64,000 nucleotides of DNA from an uncultured Gemmatimonadales bacterium (lineage in GTDB: Bacteria > Gemmatimonadota > Gemmatimonadetes > Gemmatimonadales > GWC2-71-9). Position 1 is the stretch's first letter; each line of letters begins with the position of its first letter. The notes beneath the pieces are model-generated. The model saw only the letters and a list, made by a program, of their open reading frames with translations, was not told the DNA's origin and did not search any database. The translations under genes and the position numbers were made by a program. Shown piece by piece: positions 28,492 through 38,183 of the stretch. The DNA is taken from assembly GCA_963795085.1 (NCBI GenBank), contig CAWCFX010000003.1, positions 1-64,000 on the forward strand, in the 5' to 3' direction.

Positions 28492-28937
28492 TGAGAATCG
28501 CCGCCCTCTGTGGTGTACTTCTGTTGGCATGCCCCGCCGGCGCGGACGCCCAAATCACCACGGACACGGCGGGGGTCCGCCAGGCGGTGCTGGACTACGT
28601 GGAAGGCTTCTACCAGGGAGACACCACCCGGCTGGCACGGGCGCTGCTGCCTGAAATGCACAAGTTCGGGTACTACATCCCCGATAGCGCTACGGCCTAT
28701 ACCGGGGAACCGATGTCGTACGCCGAAGCGATGGCCTTCGCCAACCGGGTGCGGGAGCGAAACCGGCCCGCGCCCGCCACCGCCCCAAAAGAGATCGAGA
28801 TCTTCGATGTGCTGGATCAGACCGCGAGCGCCAAGCTCACCGCCTGGTGGGGTACCGACTACCTGTTGCTGGCAAAGTATGGGGGCCAGTGGAAGATCGT
28901 TCACATCCTGTGGCAGACGCCGGTCCCCCGGCGCTGA
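28491..28937 (+). CDS. Secreted NTF2-like protein (putative lumazine-binding family)
   Basis: Signal peptide; AVLDYVEGFY.GD, ASAKL...WGTDYLLL.K..GQWKIV. Confidence 0.82.
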   Translation: MRIAALCGVLLLACPAGADAQITTDTAGVRQAVLDYVEGFYQGDTTRLARALLPEMHKFGYYIPDSATAYTGEPMSYAEAMAFANRVRERNRPAPATAPKEIEIFDVLDQTASAKLTAWWGTDYLLLAKYGGQWKIVHILWQTPVPRR

Positions 28938-29009
28938 GGCCCGGGGGCTGTGACGCCGGGCCGCCCGCGGGGGTCTCTGGGCTGGTGATCCTTCAACTGG
29001 CGGTGGGAG

Positions 29010-29423
29010 ATGAGACGCTGGATATTGGCCACCCTCCTGGCGGGAGCGGCGGCCTGCGCCACGGGCGAGAACGACGGCATTCTGGAAGGCGATTGGGGAG
29101 GTCCCGGTCTCGGCCTGGAGGCTACGACCCGCACCATGAGGCTGGCTCTGCCCTGCGCGGAAGGCACCTTCCCGGGACCGGTAGCCGTGAATCAGGATGG
29201 CTCGTTTGGGCTGACCGTTACGGTGAGAGATTTTCACGGGTCGTACGAACTCGAGGTGCGGGGAGCGACAACCAGCCTGAATAGCCTCGAGGTGTCCGTC
29301 TTCCGGACCGGCAGCCGGCCGCCCCCGGCACCGATCACCCTTCTGCCGGGGGTTGACCCGGACTTCGACGACTATTTCTGCACCGGCGCGAACCGCCCGG
29401 CGGGGCAGCGACAGGGCCGCTAG
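29010..29423 (+). CDS. Hypothetical lipoprotein
   Basis: Lipobox AAAC; GDWGG...LPCAEG; SD GGGAG. Confidence 0.7.
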   Translation: MRRWILATLLAGAAACATGENDGILEGDWGGPGLGLEATTRTMRLALPCAEGTFPGPVAVNQDGSFGLTVTVRDFHGSYELEVRGATTSLNSLEVSVFRTGSRPPPAPITLLPGVDPDFDDYFCTGANRPAGQRQGR

Positions 29424-29954
29424 TTACTCGCCGGCCGGCGTGGGCGGAGCCCGGTAGCCCGGGTCGCTCTGCCTGCGGGAAAACCGGCCCGAACTGTCCC
29501 TGGTGTTCGTCACTCTGTGTACCCACCGCTCGATCCAGTTGCCCACGATCAGCGTCACCAGCGCCAGGCCCGCCGTCATGGCTGCCATTCGCCAGGCCCC
29601 GAATCCGCAGGCGATCCCGATGCCCGCCACGATCCAGATGGTGGCTGCGGTCGTCAGCCCCCGGACCGCTTGTTCCTGCGGCAACCGGAGAATCACTCCC
29701 CCGCCGATGAACCCGATGCCGGTGACGATGCCCTGGATGGTGCGCAGCACCGCGCCGTCCTCCCGGGGATAGGCCTCCAGGGCGAATTGCACGCTGACCA
29801 GCGTAATCAGGGCCGCGCCCAGGCTGACGAGCGCGTGGGTCCGCATTCCGGCCGGCTTCTGGGTCAGCTCGCGGTTGAGTCCGATGAGCGCGCCCAGCGC
29901 AGTGGCGGCGCCCAGCCGGACGACGATCTCGTGGGAGTCAAGCGGAAGGATCAT
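29424..29954 (-). CDS. MgtC/SapB family protein
   Basis: IGLNRE...PAGMRTHALV, GIGFIGGG, GLTTAATIW. Confidence 0.93.
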   Translation of the reverse strand: MILPLDSHEIVVRLGAATALGALIGLNRELTQKPAGMRTHALVSLGAALITLVSVQFALEAYPREDGAVLRTIQGIVTGIGFIGGGVILRLPQEQAVRGLTTAATIWIVAGIGIACGFGAWRMAAMTAGLALVTLIVGNWIERWVHRVTNTRDSSGRFSRRQSDPGYRAPPTPAGE

Positions 29955-29969
29955 GGGCCTCGAAAAAGT

Positions 29970-30767
29970 TCAGAGCGTGACGACTTCGGCACCGGAGAGC
30001 CGCTCTCCGATGAACCGGGCTCCCACCTGGCGGAACCGTGGCTCGTCGTCGCTGACGGCGAACCGGTGAGTGCCGGCGCCCGCACGGTCATTGGCCAGTC
30101 CTCGGGTCGCGAGGGTCTCTTCCAGCATGATGGCGGTTTGTTCCCCGCTGTCAATGAGGGCCACCTGCTCGCCCATGACCCGGCGAAGCAGCGGCTTGAG
30201 CAGCGGGTAATGGGTGCAGCCCAGCACCAGCGCCGCCACCGAGGAGTCGCGCACCGGCTGCAGGTATTCCTCGGCGATCAGTTCGGCCGCGGGGTGGGCG
30301 AACCAACCCTCCTCGACGAGCGGGACGAACAGGGGGCAGGCCTGCTGCTCGACCCGGACCCCCGGGGTCAGCGCCTGGATCGCCCGGGCGTAGGCGTTGC
30401 TGTGGATTGTCCCCGCCGTGCCGATTACCCCGATGGCTCCCCCGCCAGCGGCGGCCACGGCCGCCCGGGCACCCGGTTCGATCACGCCCAGCACCGGGAC
30501 CGGCGCCGCCCGGCGAAGGTCCTCCAGGGCATGCGCGGTGCTGGTGTTGCAGGCGACCACGACCGCCTTCACCCCCTGCCCCAGCAACCAGTGGAGGATC
30601 TCCAGGCTGTAGCGGCGGACCGTTTCGGGGGACTTGGGCCCGTAGGGCACCCGTGCGGTGTCACCGAAGTAGATGGTGGACTCGTGCGGGAGCCGATCGT
30701 AGATGGCCCGCGCGACGGTCAGCCCCCCGATCCCGGAATCGAAAATACCGATGGGCCGCGCGTTCAT
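29970..30767 (-). CDS. murI: Glutamate racemase
   Basis: FDSGIGGLTV, PYGPKS, ACNT, LGCTHYP. Confidence 0.97.
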   Translation of the reverse strand: MNARPIGIFDSGIGGLTVARAIYDRLPHESTIYFGDTARVPYGPKSPETVRRYSLEILHWLLGQGVKAVVVACNTSTAHALEDLRRAAPVPVLGVIEPGARAAVAAAGGGAIGVIGTAGTIHSNAYARAIQALTPGVRVEQQACPLFVPLVEEGWFAHPAAELIAEEYLQPVRDSSVAALVLGCTHYPLLKPLLRRVMGEQVALIDSGEQTAIMLEETLATRGLANDRAGAGTHRFAVSDDEPRFRQVGARFIGERLSGAEVVTL

Positions 30768-31246
30768 GGCAGGGGCGGCAGCGACAACCGGCCCCCGACC
30801 CCGCCCGGGACCGCGCGCAATTCAAGGTCGCCCGGAAAATCCCAGAGGTGGGCCGAGACATAGGCCTCCAGCGCCGACAGCAGGTGATTGAACGCGAGGA
30901 GGACCAGCCAGTCTTCTTTCTCCTGTTCCTTGACGTCCACCCGGCCCGACCCGGTTCGGCGCAGGTAGTGCAGCTCGTGCGAAGTCTTGAGCACCATCCC
31001 CAGGGTCACTCCCTCCCAGGCGACAAAAATGCCGCCGGTCAGTTTCCGGTTCAGCTTGGCCTGGCCCCACCCGGGAACCGCGAGCGACCGGAAAAACGCT
31101 CCCATCGGCGACACCGGCCGCCGGAGCTCAGGGATGACCGAGTCCGCCGCGGCCGCGACGGAGTCCTGCGCCAGGATCGGCCTGGCCAGGCTCACGCCGA
31201 GGACGGCCACCGCCAGGAAGACACGTGGCAGGCCCACACCTCTCAC
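30764..31246 (-). CDS. Hypothetical protein (DUF5683-like); start uncertain
   Basis: SP.GAFFRSLAVPGWGQ, EAYVSAHL.DF. Confidence 0.75.
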   Translation of the reverse strand: MRGVGLPRVFLAVAVLGVSLARPILAQDSVAAAADSVIPELRRPVSPMGAFFRSLAVPGWGQAKLNRKLTGGIFVAWEGVTLGMVLKTSHELHYLRRTGSGRVDVKEQEKEDWLVLLAFNHLLSALEAYVSAHLWDFPGDLELRAVPGGVGGRLSLPPLP

Positions 31247-31271
31247 CTCTCACCTCCTCATTCTCACCTCG
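31237..31271. repeat. Imperfect tandem heptamer CACCTCT x5
   Basis: Lies between the selC 3' end and the next gene start. Confidence 0.75.
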
Positions 31272-31295
31272 CACCGGTGTCACTGGCGGTCCGAA

Positions 31296-31390
31296 CGGGA
31301 ACGTGTGGGAATCGAACCCACCAGAGCCGCCTGAGGCGTCTCTGTCGCGGTTTTGAAGACCGGCCGAGCCACCAGGCCCGATCCGCTCCC
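31296..31390 (-). tRNA. selC: tRNA-Sec(UCA)
   Basis: 95 nt; anticodon loop CTTCAAA; 6-bp D stem with TGGT loop; long variable arm; T arm GTGGG-TTCGATT-CCCAC; G discriminator. Confidence 0.92.
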
Positions 31391-31480
31391 TGAACAACGC
31401 GCCCATCCCGCCGGCGCGGTTCTAATCTAGGCTGGACCGGTGTCCCAAGGTATGGCGGAGGCGGTTGGGCGGGGTCGTGA

Positions 31481-32308
31481 TCAGGCGGGATCGGGAACGA
31501 TGACCGCGGTTTCGTCAGGGGTGCGGTGCAACAGAAACTGGAGCGGCGTCACGCTGCCGAGCACCCGGAACTCGCGAATCAGGTGGGCCTGGTCGGCGTA
31601 GCCGTGGCGCATCGCCAGCCGGCTCCAGGCCACGTCCTGGCGGCCCTGGCAGTCGGCAATCACGCCCTGGAAGCGGGCGATCCGCCCCAGCGTCTTGGGG
31701 GTCAGTCCGACTGATTCCCGGAACTGTTTCACCAGGTGGCGGTTGCTCAGCCCGAGCGAGTCGCACACCTGCGCGACCCCACCCCGGAAGGACCGGGAGC
31801 GAAGGAGGTCCACCGCCCGGCGTACCGTGGCGAAGTAGGGATGCACGGCCATCCGGCGCTCCATCAGCCACGACTGGAGGGCGCCACTGCGGCCCGGGTC
31901 ATCCGGTTGCTCCAGCACCCGGTCCCGCAGGCCGGCAGCGGCCGGGCCGATGACCTGGTCCAGTTCGATGACCCGGTTGGCCAGGGCATCCATTGGAAGC
32001 CCGAAAAACGCGTGGGCGCCGCCGGGCCGGAACCGGACCGCGATATGGTTGGCATGGCTCGATGTGTGGACCAGTCGCTGGTCCTGGATGCCCGCCACCC
32101 ACGCATGGGTATACCACTCTTCGACATCCCGGTCGCCGTAGGCCGATATCCGCTGGGGCGGCCCCAGGTTCACCATCAGTTCCATGCTGCCGCCGGGCAG
32201 CACGGCCTCGGAATGAAACTCGGCCGACCCACGCACCCCCCATATCATTTCGACAAAGGGCGCGAGCGTAGGCCGCGGCGCGTAGCTGAAGAAGGTGAAC
32301 CCGGTCAC
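31481..32308 (-). CDS. AraC-family regulator (DUF6597-type N-terminus)
   Basis: P.LAPFVE.IW, VRFRPGG, LSNRHL...F...VGLTPK, GYADQAHLIREF. Confidence 0.92.
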   Translation of the reverse strand: MTGFTFFSYAPRPTLAPFVEMIWGVRGSAEFHSEAVLPGGSMELMVNLGPPQRISAYGDRDVEEWYTHAWVAGIQDQRLVHTSSHANHIAVRFRPGGAHAFFGLPMDALANRVIELDQVIGPAAAGLRDRVLEQPDDPGRSGALQSWLMERRMAVHPYFATVRRAVDLLRSRSFRGGVAQVCDSLGLSNRHLVKQFRESVGLTPKTLGRIARFQGVIADCQGRQDVAWSRLAMRHGYADQAHLIREFRVLGSVTPLQFLLHRTPDETAVIVPDPA

Positions 32309-32321
32309 CCGGACCCGGCCC

Positions 32322-32882
32322 TCAGCACGGTGCGCCGGCCGGCACCGGCGACCGGGCCCACCAGTAACTACGCCCGGCTTGCCAGCCCGTGTCGGTCCAC
32401 TGGAAAGTTTCGGTGAGCAGGGTATCCCGATGGACGGTGGTGGTCACGTGGCGCACCCGCCAGGAAGCGCCGGAGGGCGGTGTAAAGGTCTGGTCCATTT
32501 CGCTGGTCGTCTCGCCGCTGGACCACTCCCGGCCGATGCCCACGGTCCCATTGCCGGAGGATTGCCACACGGTAAGCCCGCTGTCGGCCGGGTTCCACGC
32601 GAGAAAAAAATCCCAGAAATGCAGGGGAACCTTCCCGGGTTCCTCGCCCCAGAGGCACCCGGTGACCGCCGTCTCGCCCAGGCCGGGCAGGTACCGCATC
32701 AGGTAGGCGGGCGGTTCGCCCGGGTTATCGCGCTGGTACGCCGCATTGGACGTACGCCATGCCGCGCCGTCAGCGGCCAGCAGCGCGAGGTGCGCCTTCC
32801 ACCAGGGATCGCCGGCCGGGGTGGAGACGGAGCCCGCGAGGACCATGAACAGGGGGACCGCGATACGAAAAGCTGGCGTCAT
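32322..32882 (-). CDS. Hypothetical secreted protein
   Basis: ATG 32882 overlaps the upstream stop; signal-like N-terminus; Trp-rich beta body. Confidence 0.7.
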   Translation of the reverse strand: MTPAFRIAVPLFMVLAGSVSTPAGDPWWKAHLALLAADGAAWRTSNAAYQRDNPGEPPAYLMRYLPGLGETAVTGCLWGEEPGKVPLHFWDFFLAWNPADSGLTVWQSSGNGTVGIGREWSSGETTSEMDQTFTPPSGASWRVRHVTTTVHRDTLLTETFQWTDTGWQAGRSYWWARSPVPAGAPC

Positions 32883-34918
32883 CTGGTTCCTGCCGTTGAG
32901 GGTTCCAGGGTTACCGGCGGCGCGCGCAAGATCCGCACGGTCTGATCGAGCGGGACGACCGCCAACTCCCCGCCGGGCGCCCACTCGACATGCCAGATCG
33001 TCGCGGCAAACGGCAGCCGCAGCATGGTGTCGCCGCTCGCGGCGTCCCACAGCTCGACGGTGTAGTTGCTGAGCCCGGCGGCGAGGCGGGTGCCATCGTT
33101 CGACCAGGAAATGGTGGTGATCCCGCCAGCGCGGCCCTCGAACCGGGCCAGCTCCGTCCCGGTTACAGCATCCCAGAGCCGGGCGGTGCGGTCCCCGCCG
33201 CCCGATGCGAGCTTGGAACCGTCAGCCGACCAGGAGATGCTGATCGAACCCGGGCGGTGGCCCGCCAGCCGGTGCTGCACCGAGCGGGTCGGCCAATCCC
33301 ACAGCCGGACCGCCCCATCCTGCATGGCGACGGCGAGGGTAGTCCCTGCCGGGTTCCATTTCGCCTGGGTGACATCGGCCTCGCCGTCAACCAGATCGGC
33401 AACCACCGCCCCGGTGGAGACGTCCCAGACCCGTATGGTACCACGCGCGATGGGCGCGGCCACGGTCCGGCCGTCCGGTCCGAACTCCACCAGCAGAATC
33501 TGCCCGGAAGTGTCCACCAGTTCCCGGACCATGGTGCCCTGCTCGGCGTCCCAGAGCACGACCCGCCCGTCATTGCCCGTGGTGGCCAGCCGCCGCCCAT
33601 CGTTGGTGATTGACGCGCCGACGCCGGACTGTTCGTGGCCTTTCCACTCCCGGATAACGGCCCCGTTCGCCGGGTCCCATACCTTGATCCATCCCTCCCA
33701 GCCCGCCGACACCGCCCGCCGCCCATCCGGCGTGAAATCGAGTGAGTACATCGCCGTGCCTGTCGGCCAGCTGGCCCGGGCCGGGGCCAGGGCATCCAGG
33801 TCCCAGATCAACACTGCTCGGTCCCCGCCCCCGGTATAGAGCTTCCCGGGACCGGCCACGACCGTGTTCACCGGCCCGAGGTGTCCATGCCAGGCCGCCA
33901 GCCGGCGGCCGTCATCAAGCGACCAGAGCCGCACCACCAGGTCGCTCCCCACCGTAACCAGGGTGCGGCCGTCGGGCATGATCGCCACGTCGTTGAGCCA
34001 CTTGACCTCGTCCTCACCCTGGGTCGAGAAGGTGTGCTCCAGCTGCCAGGTGGCGGTGCGCCAGCTCCGCGCGGTACCATCCTTCGCCGCGACCACCAGC
34101 AGCCGACCGTCGGGGGAGAAGGCCAGGTTCTGCACCGCGTTGTAGATCGGAGACGGGGGCGGTCGCAGCGAAGCGACGGAATCGCCGGCGGGCGTCCAGA
34201 TGGCCACATCGCCGTCCCAGCTGCCGGTGGCAATCCGGGTACCATCGGGACTATAGGCGATGGAAGCCACCGGCTTGTCGCCGTGCTCGAAGGTACGCTC
34301 CCGGGCTCGCCCTTCCACGTTCCAGATGCTGATGATCCCCCAGACGCCGCGCTCGGCGCTCCGCTTCCAGCCGCTCGCCGCGACTCGACGGCCGTCCCGG
34401 CTCCAGGCAACCGCGGAGACACCCTGGCCGTTGTCGGGGAAGACGGCCAGTTCGCTGCCGGCCCCGACGTCCCAGATCCGGACCGTTCCGTCCGAGGAGG
34501 CCGTGGCCAGCCGCCGCCCCTCGGGCGAGAACGTGGCGGTCCAAACCGCCGCGGTGTGCCCGATGAGACGGTGCTTCACGGCGCCGGTCGCGGCGTCCGC
34601 GATGACCGCACTCCGGTCGCCCGAGGCAGTGGCCAGCAGGGTGCCATCGGGCGAGACATCGATATCCAGCACCGAGCCGGTGTGCCAGTTGTGCCGCGCC
34701 GAGGCAGCGTCCACTTCCCCCGCGAGGAAACGCCACTCCCACTGGCGCTCCGCCGCCGGCGCCTGGAGCAGCCAATCGCGAGCCCGGTCGGTCTCGTGAA
34801 GCCGCAGCAGCGCGTGCGCGGCCGTCACGGAAGCACGGTAGATCTGGGCCGTTCCGGCTGCGGGAGTCGCCGCGAGGGCCAGTACAGCGAACAACACCAG
34901 GGTGACCGCTCGATTCAT
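32879..34918 (-). CDS. Secreted WD40-repeat protein (14 repeats)
   Basis: Signal peptide from ATG 34918 (SD GGAG); repeats GH...FSPDG..LATAS.D.TVRIWD. Confidence 0.92.
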   Translation of the reverse strand: MNRAVTLVLFAVLALAATPAAGTAQIYRASVTAAHALLRLHETDRARDWLLQAPAAERQWEWRFLAGEVDAASARHNWHTGSVLDIDVSPDGTLLATASGDRSAVIADAATGAVKHRLIGHTAAVWTATFSPEGRRLATASSDGTVRIWDVGAGSELAVFPDNGQGVSAVAWSRDGRRVAASGWKRSAERGVWGIISIWNVEGRARERTFEHGDKPVASIAYSPDGTRIATGSWDGDVAIWTPAGDSVASLRPPPSPIYNAVQNLAFSPDGRLLVVAAKDGTARSWRTATWQLEHTFSTQGEDEVKWLNDVAIMPDGRTLVTVGSDLVVRLWSLDDGRRLAAWHGHLGPVNTVVAGPGKLYTGGGDRAVLIWDLDALAPARASWPTGTAMYSLDFTPDGRRAVSAGWEGWIKVWDPANGAVIREWKGHEQSGVGASITNDGRRLATTGNDGRVVLWDAEQGTMVRELVDTSGQILLVEFGPDGRTVAAPIARGTIRVWDVSTGAVVADLVDGEADVTQAKWNPAGTTLAVAMQDGAVRLWDWPTRSVQHRLAGHRPGSISISWSADGSKLASGGGDRTARLWDAVTGTELARFEGRAGGITTISWSNDGTRLAAGLSNYTVELWDAASGDTMLRLPFAATIWHVEWAPGGELAVVPLDQTVRILRAPPVTLEPSTAGTR

Positions 34919-34944
34919 GATATCTCCAGGAAAGGGTCCTCCCG

Positions 34945-35493
34945 TCACGCCGCCTCCCAGGCCTGCTTGAGCCATGCGGCAACCTCGCCATCCACCTCGC
35001 CGGGTCCACTCAGGCGGACGCGGTGGGTGACCATGCTGTTCCAACTGCCGGACGCCTCCAGCCGGCCGCCGGGTGCCATGCCCTTCAGGTTGAGTCCGAG
35101 ATCCATGCGGTCCCGGGTTGAGGGTTGCACCAGCGCGAACTGCCGCGAACGGCGCAGGCTGACGTACGCCTTCTTGGGCGCGATCTCCAGGCCAGGGCCG
35201 AACTGGCGGACGAGATCCACAATCTTCTCGTAGACCGGCCGCAGCGATTCCCTGCCCTGGTACTGGGCTTCGAGCGGATCCCCTGTTGTCCCGGCCGGCT
35301 GAGCCGCCTCCCTGGCGCTATGCGCCACCAGGTTGGCGTAACCGTGCCCGAGCCCATGCCGGGACTTGAGCATGGCAACCACCTCCCCGTGCTTGACCAG
35401 GCCCAGTGCACGGGCCAGGTCCACCCACTCGGCAAAGGGTTTCCCGGTCTGCTTCTCCAGGTTGGCCATCATGGTCAGCGTTTGTTTGTCCAC
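34945..35493 (-). CDS. DUF4287/DUF5655-type protein
   Basis: NLEKQTGKP..EW, HGLGHGYANLVAH, PKKAYVSLRR.RQFA. Confidence 0.82.
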   Translation of the reverse strand: MDKQTLTMMANLEKQTGKPFAEWVDLARALGLVKHGEVVAMLKSRHGLGHGYANLVAHSAREAAQPAGTTGDPLEAQYQGRESLRPVYEKIVDLVRQFGPGLEIAPKKAYVSLRRSRQFALVQPSTRDRMDLGLNLKGMAPGGRLEASGSWNSMVTHRVRLSGPGEVDGEVAAWLKQAWEAA

Positions 35494-35520
35494 GGTGCGG
35501 CCTCGCGATCGAGTGTAAGG

Positions 35521-35922
35521 TCAGGGCCAGACGGCAAGCACCACGCCCATGAGGACCGCGGCGGCGCCGAGGTACCCGGCATTGACCAGCCAGTGAGTGA
35601 GGGATCGCTGCTCGAAGAGGTAGATGATTCCGAGCAGGCTGCCAACCCAGGCCCCGGCGGCGAGTCCGGCCAGGGCGCCTCGCACCGCCGAAGCATCGGG
35701 CCCGACCCAGCCGGCAAGCAGGGCACCGGCAAGCACCAGCAGCGCCAGGGTCGCCGAGATGAGCCGCCCCAGGTGAACCCGGGCAACCCGGTCAGGGGTC
35801 ATGTCGCTGGCCACCATCCACCGGATGCCGAAGAGTGGGCCGTACCATGCCGCGCCGGCCAGGAAGGCAGCCGCCGCCGCGGCCACGACGGCCAGCAGGT
35901 TAATCTGTGAGAAGAAAGCCAT
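35521..35922 (-). CDS. DUF1761-type membrane protein
   Basis: INLLAVVAAA.AAF..GAAWY.PLFG..W, VNAGY; ATG 35922 with SD GGAGG. Confidence 0.85.
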   Translation of the reverse strand: MAFFSQINLLAVVAAAAAAFLAGAAWYGPLFGIRWMVASDMTPDRVARVHLGRLISATLALLVLAGALLAGWVGPDASAVRGALAGLAAGAWVGSLLGIIYLFEQRSLTHWLVNAGYLGAAAVLMGVVLAVWP

Positions 35923-35986
35923 GAGTCCTCCAGGCTGGCATGGGACCCATGATAGCGGCCTGAGCGGGCGCCGTATTGAAGATTTC

Positions 35987-36370
35987 TTACCGGGCGGGAG
36001 CCTCCGCGACGACCTCGATCTCCACCCTGACGCCCCGGGGGAGCCCACTGACCGCCACCGTGGAGCGGGCCGGCTTGTGCTCGCCGAACGCGGCGGCGTA
36101 CACCTCGTTCATCTCGCTGAAATCCGCCATGTCCAGCAGGAACACGGTGGACTTGACCACCCGCCCGAGGCTGGTCCCGGCTGACTCGAGCACCGCACGG
36201 AGGTTGGCCATCACCCGGGTGGTCTGCTCGCGAATGCCGCCTTCGACCACCTGGCCGGTCGCGGGGTCGAGCGCGATCTGGCCGGCGGTGTACACCAGCC
36301 CGTTGGCGACGACCGCCTGGGAATAGGGGCCGATCGCGGCGGGCGCATCTGACGTGCTGATAAAATCCAT
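35987..36370 (-). CDS. ridA: RidA-family enamine/imine deaminase
   Basis: APAAIGPYSQA, GQIALDP, PARSTVAV..LP....VEIE; ATG 36370. Confidence 0.93.
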   Translation of the reverse strand: MDFISTSDAPAAIGPYSQAVVANGLVYTAGQIALDPATGQVVEGGIREQTTRVMANLRAVLESAGTSLGRVVKSTVFLLDMADFSEMNEVYAAAFGEHKPARSTVAVSGLPRGVRVEIEVVAEAPAR

Positions 36371-36420
36371 GGTCTCGGCTTCCGATAAGGTGGTCAGGGG
36401 AGGATCGAACCCCCGGAGGA

Positions 36421-38097
36421 TCAGAACAGCCCCTCGATGCTGCCGTCCGCGTTGACCCGGATGGCTTCCGCCGACGGCGTCCTGGACAACCCCGGCATGG
36501 TCATGATCTCCCCCGCCAGCGCGACCACGAACCCCGCGCCGGCCGAAGGGGTAACATCCCGGATGGTGATCCGGAACCCGGTCGGCCGGCCCAGGCGGCT
36601 GGGATCGTCGCTGAACGAGTACTGGGTCTTGGCAATGCACACTGGCGTATGGGCCAGCCCCATCGCCTCGCACTGGGCGATGTTCCGCTCGGCAGCCGGG
36701 GTGTAGTCCACCCCATCGGCGCCGTAGATCAGGGTCGCGATGGCCGCGATCTTCTCCTTGATGGGCAACCGGGCGTCGTAGATCGGCGCGAAGTCTGCCT
36801 TCCCCTCGCCCAGCACCGCGATCACTTCCTGCGCTACCGGGATGCCGCCCTGCCCGCCCTTGCCCCAGACTTCGCTCAGCGCGGCCCGGGCGCCCCAGCC
36901 GCGGGCCGCCGACAGCACCGTCTCCAGTTCCTCGTCCGAGTCGCTGGTGAACCGGTTGAGGGCCACCACGGGGGGCACTCCGAATCGCTGCACGTTCTCG
37001 ACATGGGCCTGGAGGTTGACCATGCCACGCTGGAGCGCCTCGACGTTGGGCGTCCCCAGGGCGTCCTTCTTGACTCCGCCGTTCATCTTGAGGGCCCGGA
37101 CCGTGGCCACGATCACCGCTGCCTCAGGCTTGAGCCCGCCGAAGCGGCACTTGATATCGAAAAACTTCTCGGCGCCCAGGTCGGCGCCGAACCCCGCCTC
37201 GGTGAGCACTACGTCGGCCAGGCCCAGGCCCAGCCGGGTGGCCATCAGCGAATTGCACCCGTGAGCGATATTCCCGAATGGGCCACCGTGCACCAGCGCC
37301 GGGCCGCCTTCCAGGGTCTGCACCAGGTTCGGCAGGAGCGCATCCTTGAGCAGCAGGGTCATCGCCCCCGAGGCGCGCAGGTCGCCGGCGGTCACCGGCC
37401 GCTTGTCGCGGGTCAGGCCGACGATGATGCGGGCGATCCGCGTTTCAAGGTCCGGGAGGTCCGAGGCGAGGCAGAGGATGGCCATGATTTCGCTGCCCGG
37501 CACGATCACGAACCGCTCCTCGCGGGAGGGACCGCCGTTTAACCCGCCCAGTCCCACCACCATGTGCCGCAAGGCCCGGTCGTTCATGTCCATGGTGCGG
37601 GGCCAGGTGATCCGCCGGGTGTCGATCCCCAGGGCGTTGCCGTGATGGATGTGATTATCCAGCATGGCGGAGAGGAGGTTGTGCGCCGAGGTGATGGCGT
37701 GGAAGTCACCCGTGAAGTGCAGGTTGATCTCGTCCATCGGAACCACCTGGGCATATCCGCCGCCCGCCGCGCCGCCCTTAACGCCGAAGACCGGTCCCAG
37801 CGACGGCTCCCGGATACAGACCAGCACCTTGTGTCCCAACTGGCGGAAGGCCTGGGCCAGCCCCACGGTCACCGTGGACTTGCCTTCACCCGCCGGGGTG
37901 GGATTGATGCCGGTGACCAGCACCAGCCGGCCTTTCGGCTCGCGATATCGCTTGAGCGCATCGGCGCTGATCTTCGCCTTGTACCTGCCGTAGGGAAGAA
38001 TGTCGTCCGGCGACAGGCCCAGTTCGGCGGCCACGTCGGCGATGGGGCGGAGCTTGGCGGCCTGGGCAATGGCGATGTCAGTGGGTACGGTGGTCAC
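36421..38097 (-). CDS. fhs: Formate--tetrahydrofolate ligase
   Basis: PTPAGEGKST, GVKGGAAGGGY, HGGPFGNIAHG, TEAGFGADLGAEKF, VATVRALK. Confidence 0.97.
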   Translation of the reverse strand: MTTVPTDIAIAQAAKLRPIADVAAELGLSPDDILPYGRYKAKISADALKRYREPKGRLVLVTGINPTPAGEGKSTVTVGLAQAFRQLGHKVLVCIREPSLGPVFGVKGGAAGGGYAQVVPMDEINLHFTGDFHAITSAHNLLSAMLDNHIHHGNALGIDTRRITWPRTMDMNDRALRHMVVGLGGLNGGPSREERFVIVPGSEIMAILCLASDLPDLETRIARIIVGLTRDKRPVTAGDLRASGAMTLLLKDALLPNLVQTLEGGPALVHGGPFGNIAHGCNSLMATRLGLGLADVVLTEAGFGADLGAEKFFDIKCRFGGLKPEAAVIVATVRALKMNGGVKKDALGTPNVEALQRGMVNLQAHVENVQRFGVPPVVALNRFTSDSDEELETVLSAARGWGARAALSEVWGKGGQGGIPVAQEVIAVLGEGKADFAPIYDARLPIKEKIAAIATLIYGADGVDYTPAAERNIAQCEAMGLAHTPVCIAKTQYSFSDDPSRLGRPTGFRITIRDVTPSAGAGFVVALAGEIMTMPGLSRTPSAEAIRVNADGSIEGLF

Positions 38098-38150
38098 ACG
38101 GGCCTCGGATAGAGGAGATCAAGGAAAGTCGCTGGGCACTTCACCCGCGC

Positions 38151-38183
38151 AAGGCCCGACGTGCGCGGCCGCCGTCGGGCCCT
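38151..38183 (-). other. Stable hairpin between tatD and fhs
   Basis: Minus strand AGGGCCCGACG-N11-CGTCGGGCCTT, 11 bp with one G-U; no U tract. Confidence 0.6.

Noticed and set aside
31391..35986. selC-integrated genomic island
   Set aside because: The genes lie on the tRNA 5' side, with no integrase and no duplicated tRNA end.
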